Part shown: one piece after another, positions 27,217 to 39,052 of the stretch
Numbering within the stretch: the first letter of the stretch is position 1
Layout of the letters: each line of letters opens with the position of its first letter
Assembly (NCBI GenBank): GCA_046563655.1
Contig: CM102285.1
Span: 2,976,001-3,040,000, forward strand
Source of the DNA: Yuukianura sp. NJ FZ-2021
Lineage: Eukaryota
DNA length: 64,000 nt
Reading direction: 5' to 3'
Program-made: the position numbers and the translations under genes
The notes under the pieces: model-generated
Told to the model about the DNA's origin: nothing
Databases searched by the model: none
The model's input: only the letters and a program-made list of their open reading frames with translations

Positions 27217-30200
27217 ATGGGATCAGAAGATGTGGAGATTTCAATTCATCGTGAGTCCTTCGTGCCTTCAGGGCGGAGTTCTCGAATCCAGCATCTGTCA
27301 GCTGCTACTGGGCTTATTCTTACGTACTTAATTGAAATCGGAGTACAGGTAAAAAATCAAACATTTCAAGTTTCCTTCAATGCTTTTCCGTACAATGCCA
27401 ATTGCATTCCATTTCAACTTTTTCATCTTTTTCATCTTTCTTTTCATAATATAACGCATATAAACCTGCACCGAATCACAAATCAAAAGTGTTAAAAAAA
27501 ATTCTAAGAAATTTTCTTCTGTTCAGCAGTTTCACATTTGACATCTTTTTTTTTTCTTCAGTAGAGATGAAATAAAATTTTTAAAAAATTGGCAATTTTT
27601 TTTCGTTGTTTAAATATTTAGATTTTCCTGACGATTCAATTTTGGCGCTCAGTGAATCCGCTACCGCTGGGCGTTGATTGGTTGTGGACGGTTGCCCTGA
27701 GTCTCGTCATTTCGTCGCTGGTTGTGTCTTCTGTGAGTCTGATTTGGGTGTGTCACTCGTTGGATTTTGCCGGAAGACTCTGTGGTCGCCTCCTCTGTTA
27801 TGTCATGCACGTCTTCCTTCTGGGTAAGCCTAATTTATGGATCCAAGGTGCGCAAAGGGAGGTGCGCACAAGGACTTTAGGCACCATGCAGATGACCTTT
27901 AACCGCAAAGTTACTGGCAGCAGTTCCACATAAACCCATAAGTCTTAAGCCCCACACACAAAAACAAGTCGACATTCCTCTGATGTCATCTTAAAACTAA
28001 TCCCTACTCAAAAAGCAGGATTTTCTTTAACGTTATCCTGCAGGAACTCCACTAAACTAAACTTTTCTCTTGGGAATTAGTCTTGGAGATCAGATAAAAC
28101 CACATCTCCGTCAGGAATTAAAATCTGAGCACGGAACAATCGGCATTTCAAACTGTTGAAATGCGCAACAGAACATAAAACAACGCCCATGGTTTAGGTG
28201 TCAACCAAGCACAAAAGTTTATATATATCATTTTTGTAATTTTGAAATTGCACTAACACTAACTCATTGTTATCCAGAACTTTTTGTCCAAAAATTGCCG
28301 AATTTCAAAATTTCAAACTTTTAGCTGAATTGGATTCAAGTTAAAAGTTCCGCTTCAGTAGTACCCAACGGCGCTAACATGCGTAGTACTACGCATTTAA
28401 AAAAAATGCGGCTTGGAAAACGTGGATTTTTATTGAAATTTTGATTTTGAAAAAGGAAAAGTTGTAATTCAGGTTGATGAATAATTGGAAAGGGAAACGA
28501 GGCACGACACTCAGTAGGGGAAATAATGTTTCAAAATTTCGAAAAAAAAAAAAAAAGGTAGAGAATTCACAGGACTTTGAAAAACCTGTTGGGCAACGTG
28601 ATTAACGTATATAGCCCAAAGTCACTCAACTTTTTAGCTCCCTTCAAAAGCAAACTATTAAATCCAAACGAAAATCCAGCTGATGAACAATATTGTTCAA
28701 GTGGCAATTGCAATAAATTCAATTAATTGACATTGTTTTGAAATGACAATTTTTTCAAGTTGGAAGTACAAGGCTCTTAAATTGCATAAATTGCACCTTA
28801 GACAATCAAGATAATAAGAGTTTATTAGAAAAACGAGTGTCATCAAGTTCGTAAAACGGCATTAAAAATTTTCTCCATTTTATGGAGGTGTTGTTGCTGA
28901 AACTTGATTTTGAACATGACGAAACATTTAACATTTTATTAAAAAAATGCCTGGTAAATAAATTTCTTTGAAAATTGTTTGAAAATGTGTTTCAAAATGC
29001 TGTTTGAACAGGAATTCCCTGGCGATACTTGAAACTAGCTTTTGCGTATGACCCTGCCGATGTACAAGAGTTCATTGCCCTTCGGATCTTCCAGACCTAC
29101 GTTCAGTCCTTGCCACTCGCCTCCATCCACTTGGCAGCTCTACTCACGTTTCAACAGGTAATTTAGTAAGATGAGCAACAACAAAAAATTATGTTGTCAA
29201 CTTTTTAAGTAATTAAAAAGGCGCACACATTCAAAAACATATCTGTTGAATAATCATGATCCATCAACTTATAATCTCGTGAACCATCGAGTATAGCAAT
29301 AACAAAGTTGCGAAGTTGTTTAGTTTACTACCTGCGCATGTCCACTCTTTTTTAACACAGCATGAAAAGCAACAATGAACTCATTATGTTTTATGTACGC
29401 ATTTAAGAAACATTATTTGCACATTTAAAGAACTTTTTTTTTGTAAATTTTGCAACATACAAATGAAATAGGAGAAATGACGCCTAATTTCAAGTTTTGC
29501 AAAACGCTAATTACCGCAAAAATTGTTTCTTTTTTAGAATTGGACTAGTGTGGGCGTATGGCTCGTCGGTGCTGAATCCGTGAGCATCGTAGTTGCTCTA
29601 ATCGTCGCATCTTACTGCCGGCCACTTCCAGTTCAAGGTCACTCAAGTACATCTTCATCAGTTTTTAGTGAAAAAGTGTCAAAAAGGACTAAAACTACAC
29701 GCTGTGTTCAAGAAAATTTGAAATGTTCGACGTCGTCTACTTCCAGTGGCGACGAAAGCGTCCTCTGGTGTCGTGTACTCAAAATTGAGCTAAATATTCT
29801 CAGTCGTGCTCTTCTTCTAATCTGTCGTGTAGTGACCATTGCTCTACTTTTGTTCATGTTCAAGTTCTGGACAGGAATGTTCATAGTAGGCCACATTTTT
29901 TTGACTCTTTTGTGGATTCATCTACCCTCAAAAAGTGAATCCTGGACACTTTCCCGCTCCCTGGAGTCTTCCTACGTCATTTTCTGGGACATCACGTCCA
30001 CTTTATACGGTGAACTGAAGTTGATCACATGGGCTGGTCCAAGTGTCTTGGTACTGTTAGAAAATGGACTGGTTTTGACATGGGCCCACTGCAAATTTAT
30101 TGAAACTGAATGGATTGTTGCAGCAACTTTTGTGGGTTTGGTGGTAGGGTTTGTTCTATTTGGCCTTTTGAATCTGTCCCGCCTAACTCCCTGGAGAACG

Positions 30201-31751
30201 CTGTTCGCTGGAACCAGAGCCCAGAAAATTAATGTGCCAAGTTCAAATACTCAATCTTCGATAAAGGACCAAGGAGGAGAGAAAGTTGCAAGTGTTTCAA
30301 ACAAAACCGAAAACCAAGAATTTTACACAATCAATAAAAAACGCGACTGCGGCAAACTCGTATGTCAAGACGCTTGCGAAAAAGTTAATGAAAAGGTAGA
30401 AAAAAACAATCGCGGCAACAAATTTCGTTAAAGAAAATATTTAAAGATTTCCACCTTCATCACTTTATGTTAAATTTTTTTTAAAAAAATTTCGACCGAA
30501 TTTGTGTTACACATGCAAAACAAAATCAAAGGACAAAACAAATCTAAAAAAAAAGAGAGAAACGAAAATTTTGTTAAACAAAAATAGCAAAATACTAAAT
30601 TAGAAATTTTTAATTTACAGGAACTCGTTAAACGTCACGATGCAGCCACTGATGATCAAGTCACTTGCACAAATGAAGTTTACCGCAAAAACATCCAAAC
30701 ATATACTTCAATGAGCATGAAACATTCAAAACCAAATTTGGGGCAAGTTGAGACATTTGTGGCCGATACGTGCTGCGTCGACAGCAACGCTTCTTCAAAC
30801 AGTCGTAACACCAATACACTTATGGAGCCTACTACATTGGAAGAAGCAGAGGAAGACGATCTGGAAGAAACGCTGGAGTCTTTTGTATTTTGTTTCCCGC
30901 CTGGAGCAGATCGAAACACAATTCCCACAGGGCCGGAGGCGGAACTCAAGGCGCCAGAAATCAAAACTGCCTCTCGCGTGATCATGAACATTCCAAAGCA
31001 CATGGATCGAAATAAGCGGCGGAGCAGGTGCCCTTGTCACTGCCAGAAAAATCCAATGTCGCCGGCGGAGCAAAGTTTAATTGAAGCCGGGTCTTATGGG
31101 ATTCTGTTCTGTGAAGAAGCGTTGTCGACTCCCGGGAGATTTCAAGAGAAAATTAAAAGTCAAAGTTCGACATACCCTGCTCAACGACACAATCGACTTC
31201 GAGTCCTATGTGCCAAATGTCTCCAGAACCATGACCCACTACTCACGGACTGTCAAGACGATAATGACAAATTGAGGCTTGAGCAGTTACAACAACCCGG
31301 GATATCCAGAAGACGCATCCCATCAATCACACTCCCTTCGGAGACTACTGACTATCCATCGGAAACTGAAATGACCTGGACAGGAGCAGTGGACGAAGAG
31401 GCTGAATCTGAAGTGACTTCACTTCGTTCCAGTCCGTCTGCTTCTGCTGGAGGTTGGACTCAGCGGCCAATGTGGTCAGCCATGTTGACTCAGTCGTCGA
31501 AGCAGTTCACTAGTAAGGAGTACGTACGAACGTGGCTTCTGTCGAGTCAAACGCTGCAGAGACATCGGAGGCATCAGCAGAAATTTGTTCAGAGCGTAAC
31601 AAAAGTGAGGTCACTGCCATATCCCTTGCACCGTTATGGACACAAGCGTACTGTGATAACGTCGCCATCTTTTGACTCGAGAGAAAGGAAGACTGTAGAT
31701 AATTATTTGCAGCAACAACTTTGTTATAAAGACTTAGAAATAATTGTTTAA
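27217..31751 (+). CDS. XK-related (Xkr) membrane protein, putative phospholipid scramblase family, with long C-terminal tail; about 820 aa, 5 exons
   Basis: Exons 27217-27348, 27622-27823, 29012-29157, 29538-30395 and 30621-31751 are all GT-AG and in phase. Segments match the XK pattern: TYLIEIGVQ; SSLVVSSVSLIW; MHVFLLGIPWRY; DVQEFIALRIFQTYVQSLP (cf. D..MLRLLEAFLESAP); IVASY; CRVVTIALLLF...GH. Confidence 0.8.
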
Positions 31752-32354
31752 AAAAACGTGAAATTTGAAAGTATAAATTTTTAAGTTTAAGTAGCGTAAG
31801 ATAGTTAGTTATTTATAGACCTTGAAAAATACGTTGTAAATAATTTATTGAATCTAATTCCTATTTGAACGTACTGACTTTAACTTCTCAAATTACAAAA
31901 ATAAAATAAAAAATTGAAACTAACGTTATTGACTCACGAATTTGACAATGGCAGCATGCAGCTTTTAATTAATTTTAAATCAGGTTAAAGTTTATTAAAG
32001 TTCCTTTCATAAATTGTTAAAGAAGCTTGTGACGACGGTTATTCCAATTTCAAATACATTGAGTGGTACTGGGTACATTAAAAAAAAACAATTCTGTGAA
32101 TTTTAGAGCATCCGAATTTCCGTGCGGCGGCTCTGTTTAAAAAAAAACACCCAAAAGTAGGAAAAATCCGCGAAATCGAAGAATTAGTGTAGCCCACACG
32201 TGGATACAATAGGGACGATTTTGTCTCAACCAATGTTTTGATCGTGGAAATATATTCTAAAAACTGTACTTTTAATTTTTATGGTTGTTTGTTGTTCGTA
32301 ACGTCAATTCAATTGTTTCAACTATAGTAAGTCTCGGCGTCCTTTTATTTCAAA

Positions 32355-33017
32355 ATGGAATCAGTGGAGACTCAGTCGGAAATTGGAGGAACCCAGGCAC
32401 CACCGTTGAACACATTGGCGAATTCGATGTTTCAGAAATGTGCTGATTACCTGCAAGGGGAACTTTTGCTTATGATGGTAAGAATCACAATATGTTATCA
32501 TAACCGTACGATAACTTTAGCTGGTAATAATATGATACTTAAACTTAAGTTGACAACAATGAGGAGATAATTTAGTTTCCTAATGTATTAAATGAAATAA
32601 ATTAAATACGGTGATGCGTTATCTTCTTTGGTTCGGTTTACAGGATGACTATAAACTATTGGAGAATCTGAATCGAGCAACGTCAGCCAAGTATTCGGAT
32701 ATGCGACAAATTTCCTCGAATGTTGCAAAGAATCTAAATGACCTTAACCAGAAATGTAAGCTTACTTATACTTTTTTATACTGCAGTCCGAAGTTCAGAA
32801 ACAAACGTCTCTTCCACGACGCTGAGCAGTGTCGTGCAAGTGCCGCTAAAGCATTCATTTTAATATTTGACTATTAGATCAATCCTTGGAACCATTACTA
32901 CGACAAATTGACCACATCGAAGACAGTGTCAACAAGCTGGAACAAGCTGCCTATAAACTTGATAGTTACTCGAAACGACTGGAGGCCAAATTTAAGTTAC
33001 TAGAGAAGAAGCAATAA
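32355..33017 (+). CDS. BLOC1S2: Biogenesis of lysosome-related organelles complex 1 subunit 2 (BLOS2), 3 exons
   Basis: Exons 32355-32477, 32644-32755 and 32878-33017 give ...[33 protein letters not shown]...[50 protein letters not shown], the conserved BLOS2 sequence. Confidence 0.95.
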
Positions 33018-33343
33018 TTTAATCAGTTCTATAATTACCGATAAATATCCATTCAATTTAAATTATCATGCACTACATTTTTAACATTTATTGTGATGAA
33101 AATTTACGAAACTGTTCAGAATATGTACTAGTATAATTATTAGATAAATGTAATATGTACCAAGTACCGTAAAATAATAAGTGTCATGCAGCTTTACCTA
33201 AATCGAGATTCGTATTGGCTGGTTATTATATATCCTACATATATGCAATGCCTTTAGTTTAGATCACTTTAAAGTTTCATTTAAATAGGTATGCTCGCTC
33301 ATGATTTGAGCAAATGTGGAAAACACAAAATTAGCAATTGACG

Positions 33344-33673
33344 TCATTGGGAGTAGTACTGTAGGTCGTCATCATCATCCGTTGGTTCTGGCTCCTGTTC
33401 AGAGGTGGATGAAGAAGGTATCTTTGCGTTGTTAGTGGTATATTTTATTTGTCGTCGTAACAGAAGGAGTCGTCTCCATCTTCGATAGAACTGACGACGA
33501 CGAGTTCGCTGCTGCTCAAGTCTTCGACGACGATGAACTAACCACCAAGTGACACCAATTACAAGAGCCAGCCTAGGATCCGTATTCGGTAATTTGGATA
33601 CATGATCGATTATATTGGAATAGATTTTTGCTTCATCTTCTGTCAACGACAGAGCTGCGGCTGCTGCTTCCAT
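33344..33673 (-). CDS. Orphan 109-aa protein (hydrophobic segment, Arg-rich block, acidic tail)
   Basis: ATG-initiated ORF, GC-richer than its flanks, with a candidate 3' splice site (tttgttttAG) about 40 nt upstream. No family recognised. Confidence 0.45.
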   Translation of the reverse strand: MEAAAAALSLTEDEAKIYSNIIDHVSKLPNTDPRLALVIGVTWWLVHRRRRLEQQRTRRRQFYRRWRRLLLLRRQIKYTTNNAKIPSSSTSEQEPEPTDDDDDLQYYSQ

Positions 33674-33834
33674 ACTGCCCCAAACGCCGTATTTCCTTCA
33701 CGTTTACTTGAATTCTAAAACAAATTACACTCATTACAAAAGAGTTTATTATTGTATATTAATCCTTAACTTAAGCGTGACGCCTTGCACAGTGCAAGTT
33801 GCACTCACATTTCCAATAAAAGGAAACTACTCTT

Positions 33835-34716
33835 GAGTAAGTCTTTCTGAAACCGGTAAATCCGGAAAAAAAAGTGACCCACGATAATTTTGATTTTTCT
33901 GAAACTTGGCATGATTGAAGGTACTACAAAGAGAGAATTTTTGGCTATTTTGGTTTTGACCTTTGACCTTCAAGATGGCGGCCAGGGTATGTCAAAGTTG
34001 CAAAAAGTGACTTTTTGGTACACCGATAACTCATGAACGAAGGCACGTAGCGAGCTGGAATCAACGGCAAATTGAAGCCCTTAAAATTCCCCAGATCCAT
34101 TTTTCTTGCGGTGTCCCTAGGTGCCCTTGACCTTAGAGGTCAAGGGTCAGCCCTTATGACAACCCTTGTCAAGTAATACCTCGTTGGAAAGCCCTCATCA
34201 AGCTGATTCAGAATATATATACATATTGATGTTTTCAAACTACCCCTTGACCTGGAGAGGTCATACTATCCGTTCGAGGACCAAAAGATCGCTGCTTGAC
34301 CTCTGTAGGTCCAGGGCTAACTCGAAAGTAACAACATCTATATATATTCTGAATCAGCTTGATGAGGGCTTTCGAACGAGGTATTACTTGACAAGGGTTG
34401 TCATAAGGGGTGACCCTTGACCTCTAAGGTCAAGGGCACTTAGGGACACCGCAAGAAAAATGGATCTGGGGAATTCTAAGGGCTTCAATTTGCCGTTGAT
34501 TCCAGCTCGCTACGTGACTTCGTTCATGAGTTATCGGTGTACCAAAAAGTCACTTTTTCCAACTTTGACCTACCCTGGCCGCCATCTTGAAGGTCAAAGG
34601 TCAAAATCAAGATAGCCAAAAATTCTCTCTTGGTAGTACCTTCAATCGTGCCAAGTTTCATCGAGATTGAAAAATATGCGGTTTTTGGCATTTACCGGTT
34701 TCAGAAAGACTTACTC
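33835..34716. mobile_element. Non-autonomous fold-back DNA transposon, 882 bp, Sola2/Sola3-like (GAG...CTC ends, 4-bp TSD)
   Basis: Perfect terminal IR gagtaagtctttctgaaaccggtaaat. Internal arms ~33900-34221 and ~34342-34660 are near-perfect reverse complements. TSD tctt at 33831-33834 and 34717-34720. Confidence 0.9.
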
Positions 34717-35952
34717 TCTTAACAAATGACGAAGACGAACAATTCACCAATGCAGAATAGAAAGAAGTGTCGGTATAACTCACGCTAAACCCACACGGAC
34801 ATATCGAAGTAAATAAATTAACTACTAGAACAAAAAACAAATCAATCGATGTGTCCGTTAGTAAACAATCACCTGCCACTAATCCATTAACACTCATTCA
34901 GTTTGTCTCTTCTCTCTTGTTTGTCCACTGTATTGATGCCCTTAGTTTTAAAATTTATAGGGAACGTAAGGATTAACGCTTCACCTTGTAACTACACAAT
35001 GTAGCTTATACCGCCAGCCTTAGTGGCTACAACAGGAGGCTACTCTTCAGTTGCAAAACTTGTGGTAACGCCAGCCCAACCAAACTTTACTTAAAGTGGC
35101 AACACAAGTTAACCAGTGTGGCTACCTGTTGTAGGCGGAAAATGACCACTATATTGCATGTATTGCATGGCTGCGTGCACTGACAACAATGGAACATTAT
35201 TCCAACCAGATTCGCTTCTCTCCTCTCAGGTTGACAAAACCAAAGACATACTCAGTTGTACTCATAAAATGTGAAAAATACTAAACAGATATAATTTTAA
35301 TGTGACATGCACCCGCATAACGTTTACTTTTGGTGAGTTGGAAGTGAAATTAACGGTTGCTATAGTTGCATGGTAATGCTAGTTCATTTGATGAGTGGTT
35401 GTATGATTTAACCTTTACTAAAGAGTCAGTTGGGTTACAGTGATGAGGGTGTTTGTTTACTGCAACTACGTGCCGCCTAAAAGCCTGACTATGGCATCGC
35501 GTTTGGTTGGCGTCGGCTACGTACAATTCCCGCAAAAGACTAATCGACGATAAGTTTCGCCGTCGCTAGAATCCTTATTTGACGTCGTAAAACTTAAAGC
35601 GCGTGGGGACAAATTAAACATAAGGCAAAAAGTGAAAATATGTTTTTGCAAAAGCGCATTTAGAAAAACTTCAAACGACAAAGTTTCTGGAAAAAACGAC
35701 TAGTTTTGTTTTTTGGTCATGGGTCGATGGAAAAACTGGATAATTTTTAATGAGTTAGACACAGACGAAGTCTAACCTAGTATACAATGAGTGGTAAATG
35801 AGAATAAATCATGAATAATAATTCGAAACCAAAGTCCGTGGAATTGAATTTTTAATTTTTCGTATTTTTTTTTTGAAAACTGTTGCCCGCTAGTATGTTA
35901 TCCGTTCGAAAATTGGAATGATCCAGCTGAGCTTAAGAAGGCCGTATTCAAT

Positions 35953-36763
35953 TTAGCACTTGTCTTTGTGGTATTCCAGGGTTTTCAAAACGAGTGGTCC
36001 ATCTTTCTCGACCAATTTTGGATTTTCGAATCCAATGTCTTTAAAGTGTTTCAACATCTTCTTCTTCAATTTCTTGTCACCTGACATATCCTCGACAGTT
36101 GCAACCCAGAAGAATTGGTCCTCCCCAAATATACAAGTAGTTCCAGCCATGTACGTCTTGTTATCCGTCTTCGTCAAAACCATGTCACCCGCAACTAGAA
36201 GTATACAGAATTCGTTTTTAGGCGTTCATGAGGTTGGGGTGGTAGCAACAACAATGTAGTAATAGGTAATAATACAAGTATAAATACCAATTTCGTACAT
36301 GGTTTGTTGTGTGATTTTCCTGGAAGGAGTATACATCCTCCCTTTCCAGCCGCTGAGTAAGTACATTCGAAGTCAGCAGAAAACGGCTTTTTGTCCATGT
36401 CACCACTTAGCTGGTAGCACAAACTCTTTGGAGCCGTTCGACCCTCAAATGGTCTCCACTTTGGATCGCCTTTCTCGCAGTTTGTACAGTCTGAATGAAA
36501 TGGAATGTAGAATTTCCCTTGTCTAAGCTATAGAAAAAATAGTGGAAATCAGAAATTTTATTATATACATATTCTTTTAAAACTTTGGCGAAGACTGCTT
36601 TACGATTAAGATATGTATAAGGATTCTAAAGTAAAGAAAATTGCAACTTTCTTACAAACTCTTCCGAGATTGAAATGTGTTTTTTCATTGGAATACAATC
36701 CTTCAGTCCGTTGCTCCATGGCAATACGACGGCCAAAAGGCCTAGCGCTAGTGCAGATTTCAT
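35953..36763 (-). CDS. Secreted lipocalin-like protein, 192 aa, 3 coding exons
   Basis: Exons 36763-36656 (signal peptide MKSALALGLLAVVLPWSNG), 36527-36299 and 36194-35953 are in phase. Motifs are GKFY (cf. SCR1 GxWY) and VLTKTDNKTYMAGTTC...FFWVAT (cf. VLxTDYxxY...C...WIL), with a terminal Cys. Confidence 0.7.
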
Positions 36764-37345
36764 TGTGCAAATGGTTCGCTTCCGGATCCAGGTCGTTGCT
36801 TACGAAGAGAGGAACAAGACTGATGCTGAACTACAAATTGGAGAAGTTTCACAAAGCTCCGTTCAAACAACAGAACAATGGAGAAGCGGAATTAGACAAA
36901 GCTAAAATTTTCCAATGACTTAGAAAACCTTCGATAAGGCAGTAATTAAAATAACAAGCAATAAACTAACGGGATTAAGTTTTTCTACAAAAACAAAACG
37001 AAATCAAGGTTTTTGCATTGTTTGAAGTCTTGGCGTTTCATGATTGAAAATTGCCGTAATTGTTCTTTTTAAATGTTACCGACGAATTTGAATACGTAAC
37101 CTGAATACTTCACATCTAAATTTTATGATTCTCTATGAAGGTTGTATACCAAAATGTTCAGCGTTAATGGAATACAAAGAGAATGTGTGTGCGATTTTTA
37201 TTATCAGGTTGCAGCGCTTTTAAAATATTAGTAGTTACTTGATGTAGAGGCTTCTTTGATCTTTTTTAACATTTGTAGCATACTATTCGTTTTTTGAAGA
37301 AACGACTAAAACTTAAACCACGGTAGCAAAGAAGTTGCAGTGATT

Positions 37346-39052
37346 TTAATTTGGCATTTGGAATTGGATTAGAATGACGGAAAACGTAAGCAGCAGTTGG
37401 ATCATCTGAAATCAAAAAAATTATAATATTTTTTAGGCTAGTTCAAAATAATTTCTTGTGAAATAATCATAAGCGAAGAAAATTGTGTCAAATTCTAAAA
37501 ATCAAAAAATTCTAGTCCAATTCTCGAAAAAATGAATTGGCATGTTTTTTGAATGTAAAAGTGTAAGTCTAGATTGATTTGTATGCAACATCTATCGGCT
37601 AAGTAAAAACTAGGAGTTTGAGAAATTTCTACCCCTCCGACGAATCCTGGCGAGATGTTGCAAAATCCTGCACAACTGAATTCAACAAAGTGAGAACTGA
37701 TGTCGTGGAGTATAGAATTTGTTTGAAAAAGTGAAAGCTTGGACAGGTCTTTCATATGAATAAATCGATCCATTATCAAGTTTGCCTGAACACAACCAAA
37801 AAAGAACATGAAAATGTTAAGAAACCTTATTATTGCTTTTCAGATTTTTGTCGATTTGGCCCACCTTGCGTCCGATGTTAGCTGCAAATCCGAGAAACCA
37901 ATAAACAATTGAAAATTCGATAATGTTGATTGTAAAATCCCACGCGTTGTCGGGGTTGACAAAACTTGCGAATGTCACTACGAAGTAGGGCAGTAGACCA
38001 AAAACGATTCCAAAAATAAGTGGACCCAACGCTCTGTTGAGGAGTGTCATGATTTTCTTCAACGAAACAAATTCTTTGTATGTCTAAACCACATATGAAA
38101 AAATTAAAATTCCAAAATTTTTAAACAAAAGTTGTGAGAAGAAACTTACTTCCAAACCATCAACTTCTTTGTTGCGAACAACGCACATGAAGTGATTCAA
38201 ACAGTCGTTCACTACGAAACAAGAGGTTAACAGAAGCAGTTCACCACATGCCATGTAAAAGTAGTAAGAAAGTATGGAAAGGAAGCGTAAAACTGCAAAA
38301 AATGGCGTTAGGATTTCCGATGGTTGAATAATTTTTGACAGAAATACTTGTTGGATTCCATGGTTTCCTAATAGGGTCACTCCAGCATCAAAGTCCCACG
38401 ATGTTGCTGAAAAGTATACTAAAACCATTGGCACTGACATGCTGATGAGCAGTACAAAAAGTGTTGGAATCCATAAAATCTGAAAAACATGACAGAATTA
38501 AAACTCCGAAATTCACAAACTTTTAAGTTTCAAAACTTTGAAAATTGTCAATTTTCTTTGAAAATTTTCTTACTTTGAATTGATTTTTGTGTGGATTGTC
38601 GTAACTTTTGGATTCATGTAAAGTGTTAATGACTTTGAGAAACTTGTCAGCTCCCGTAATTTGTGAGAAAAAAATTATCATAAAAAGAAAACCGTCTGTA
38701 AGAAGGTTGACACGGCGGAAATAGAGGTCACCAGGGGTAGTGTTGATTTCCCGGCGTCTTTGAAGATCATATTCTTCTACGGCGTATTTCACACCACTGG
38801 AGGTAGTAAGAATGCAAACGAGTAGCCATATTGCCTAAAATTTACAAAAAATATATATATATATATATTTTGAGAAATTCTAACAAACAATTTTTAGATT
38901 AATCTTCTTATTCATTGACTGACCGTTTGGAAACGACTTCTGACAATGACGAATTTACAGGTCTCTGGACAAAGTTGAAAACGGAAGGGGAAGATGCATA
39001 AGTAATACGACAAGTTAAAGTAAAGACGAAGAAACTGCGCGGGATTTGCCAT
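37346..39052 (-). CDS. Gustatory-receptor-family 7TM chemoreceptor, 6 exons
   Basis: Starts MANPAQFLRLYFNLSYYLCIFPFRF at 39052. The short last exon MIQLLLTFSVILIQFQMPN* carries the GR TM7 signature T(Y/F)xxxxxQF, preceded by SCAGFCNISPGFVG. GT-AG introns. Confidence 0.88.

Noticed and set aside
30680-31073. Minus-strand ORFs over the last XK exon (likewise those over Oli, the ELOVLs, TPS and EcKL)
   Set aside because: Antisense or alternate-frame shadows of real coding exons.
34166-34420. 84-aa ORF inside the fold-back element, considered as a transposase remnant
   Set aside because: It spans the palindrome centre and has no DDE or DNA-binding motif.
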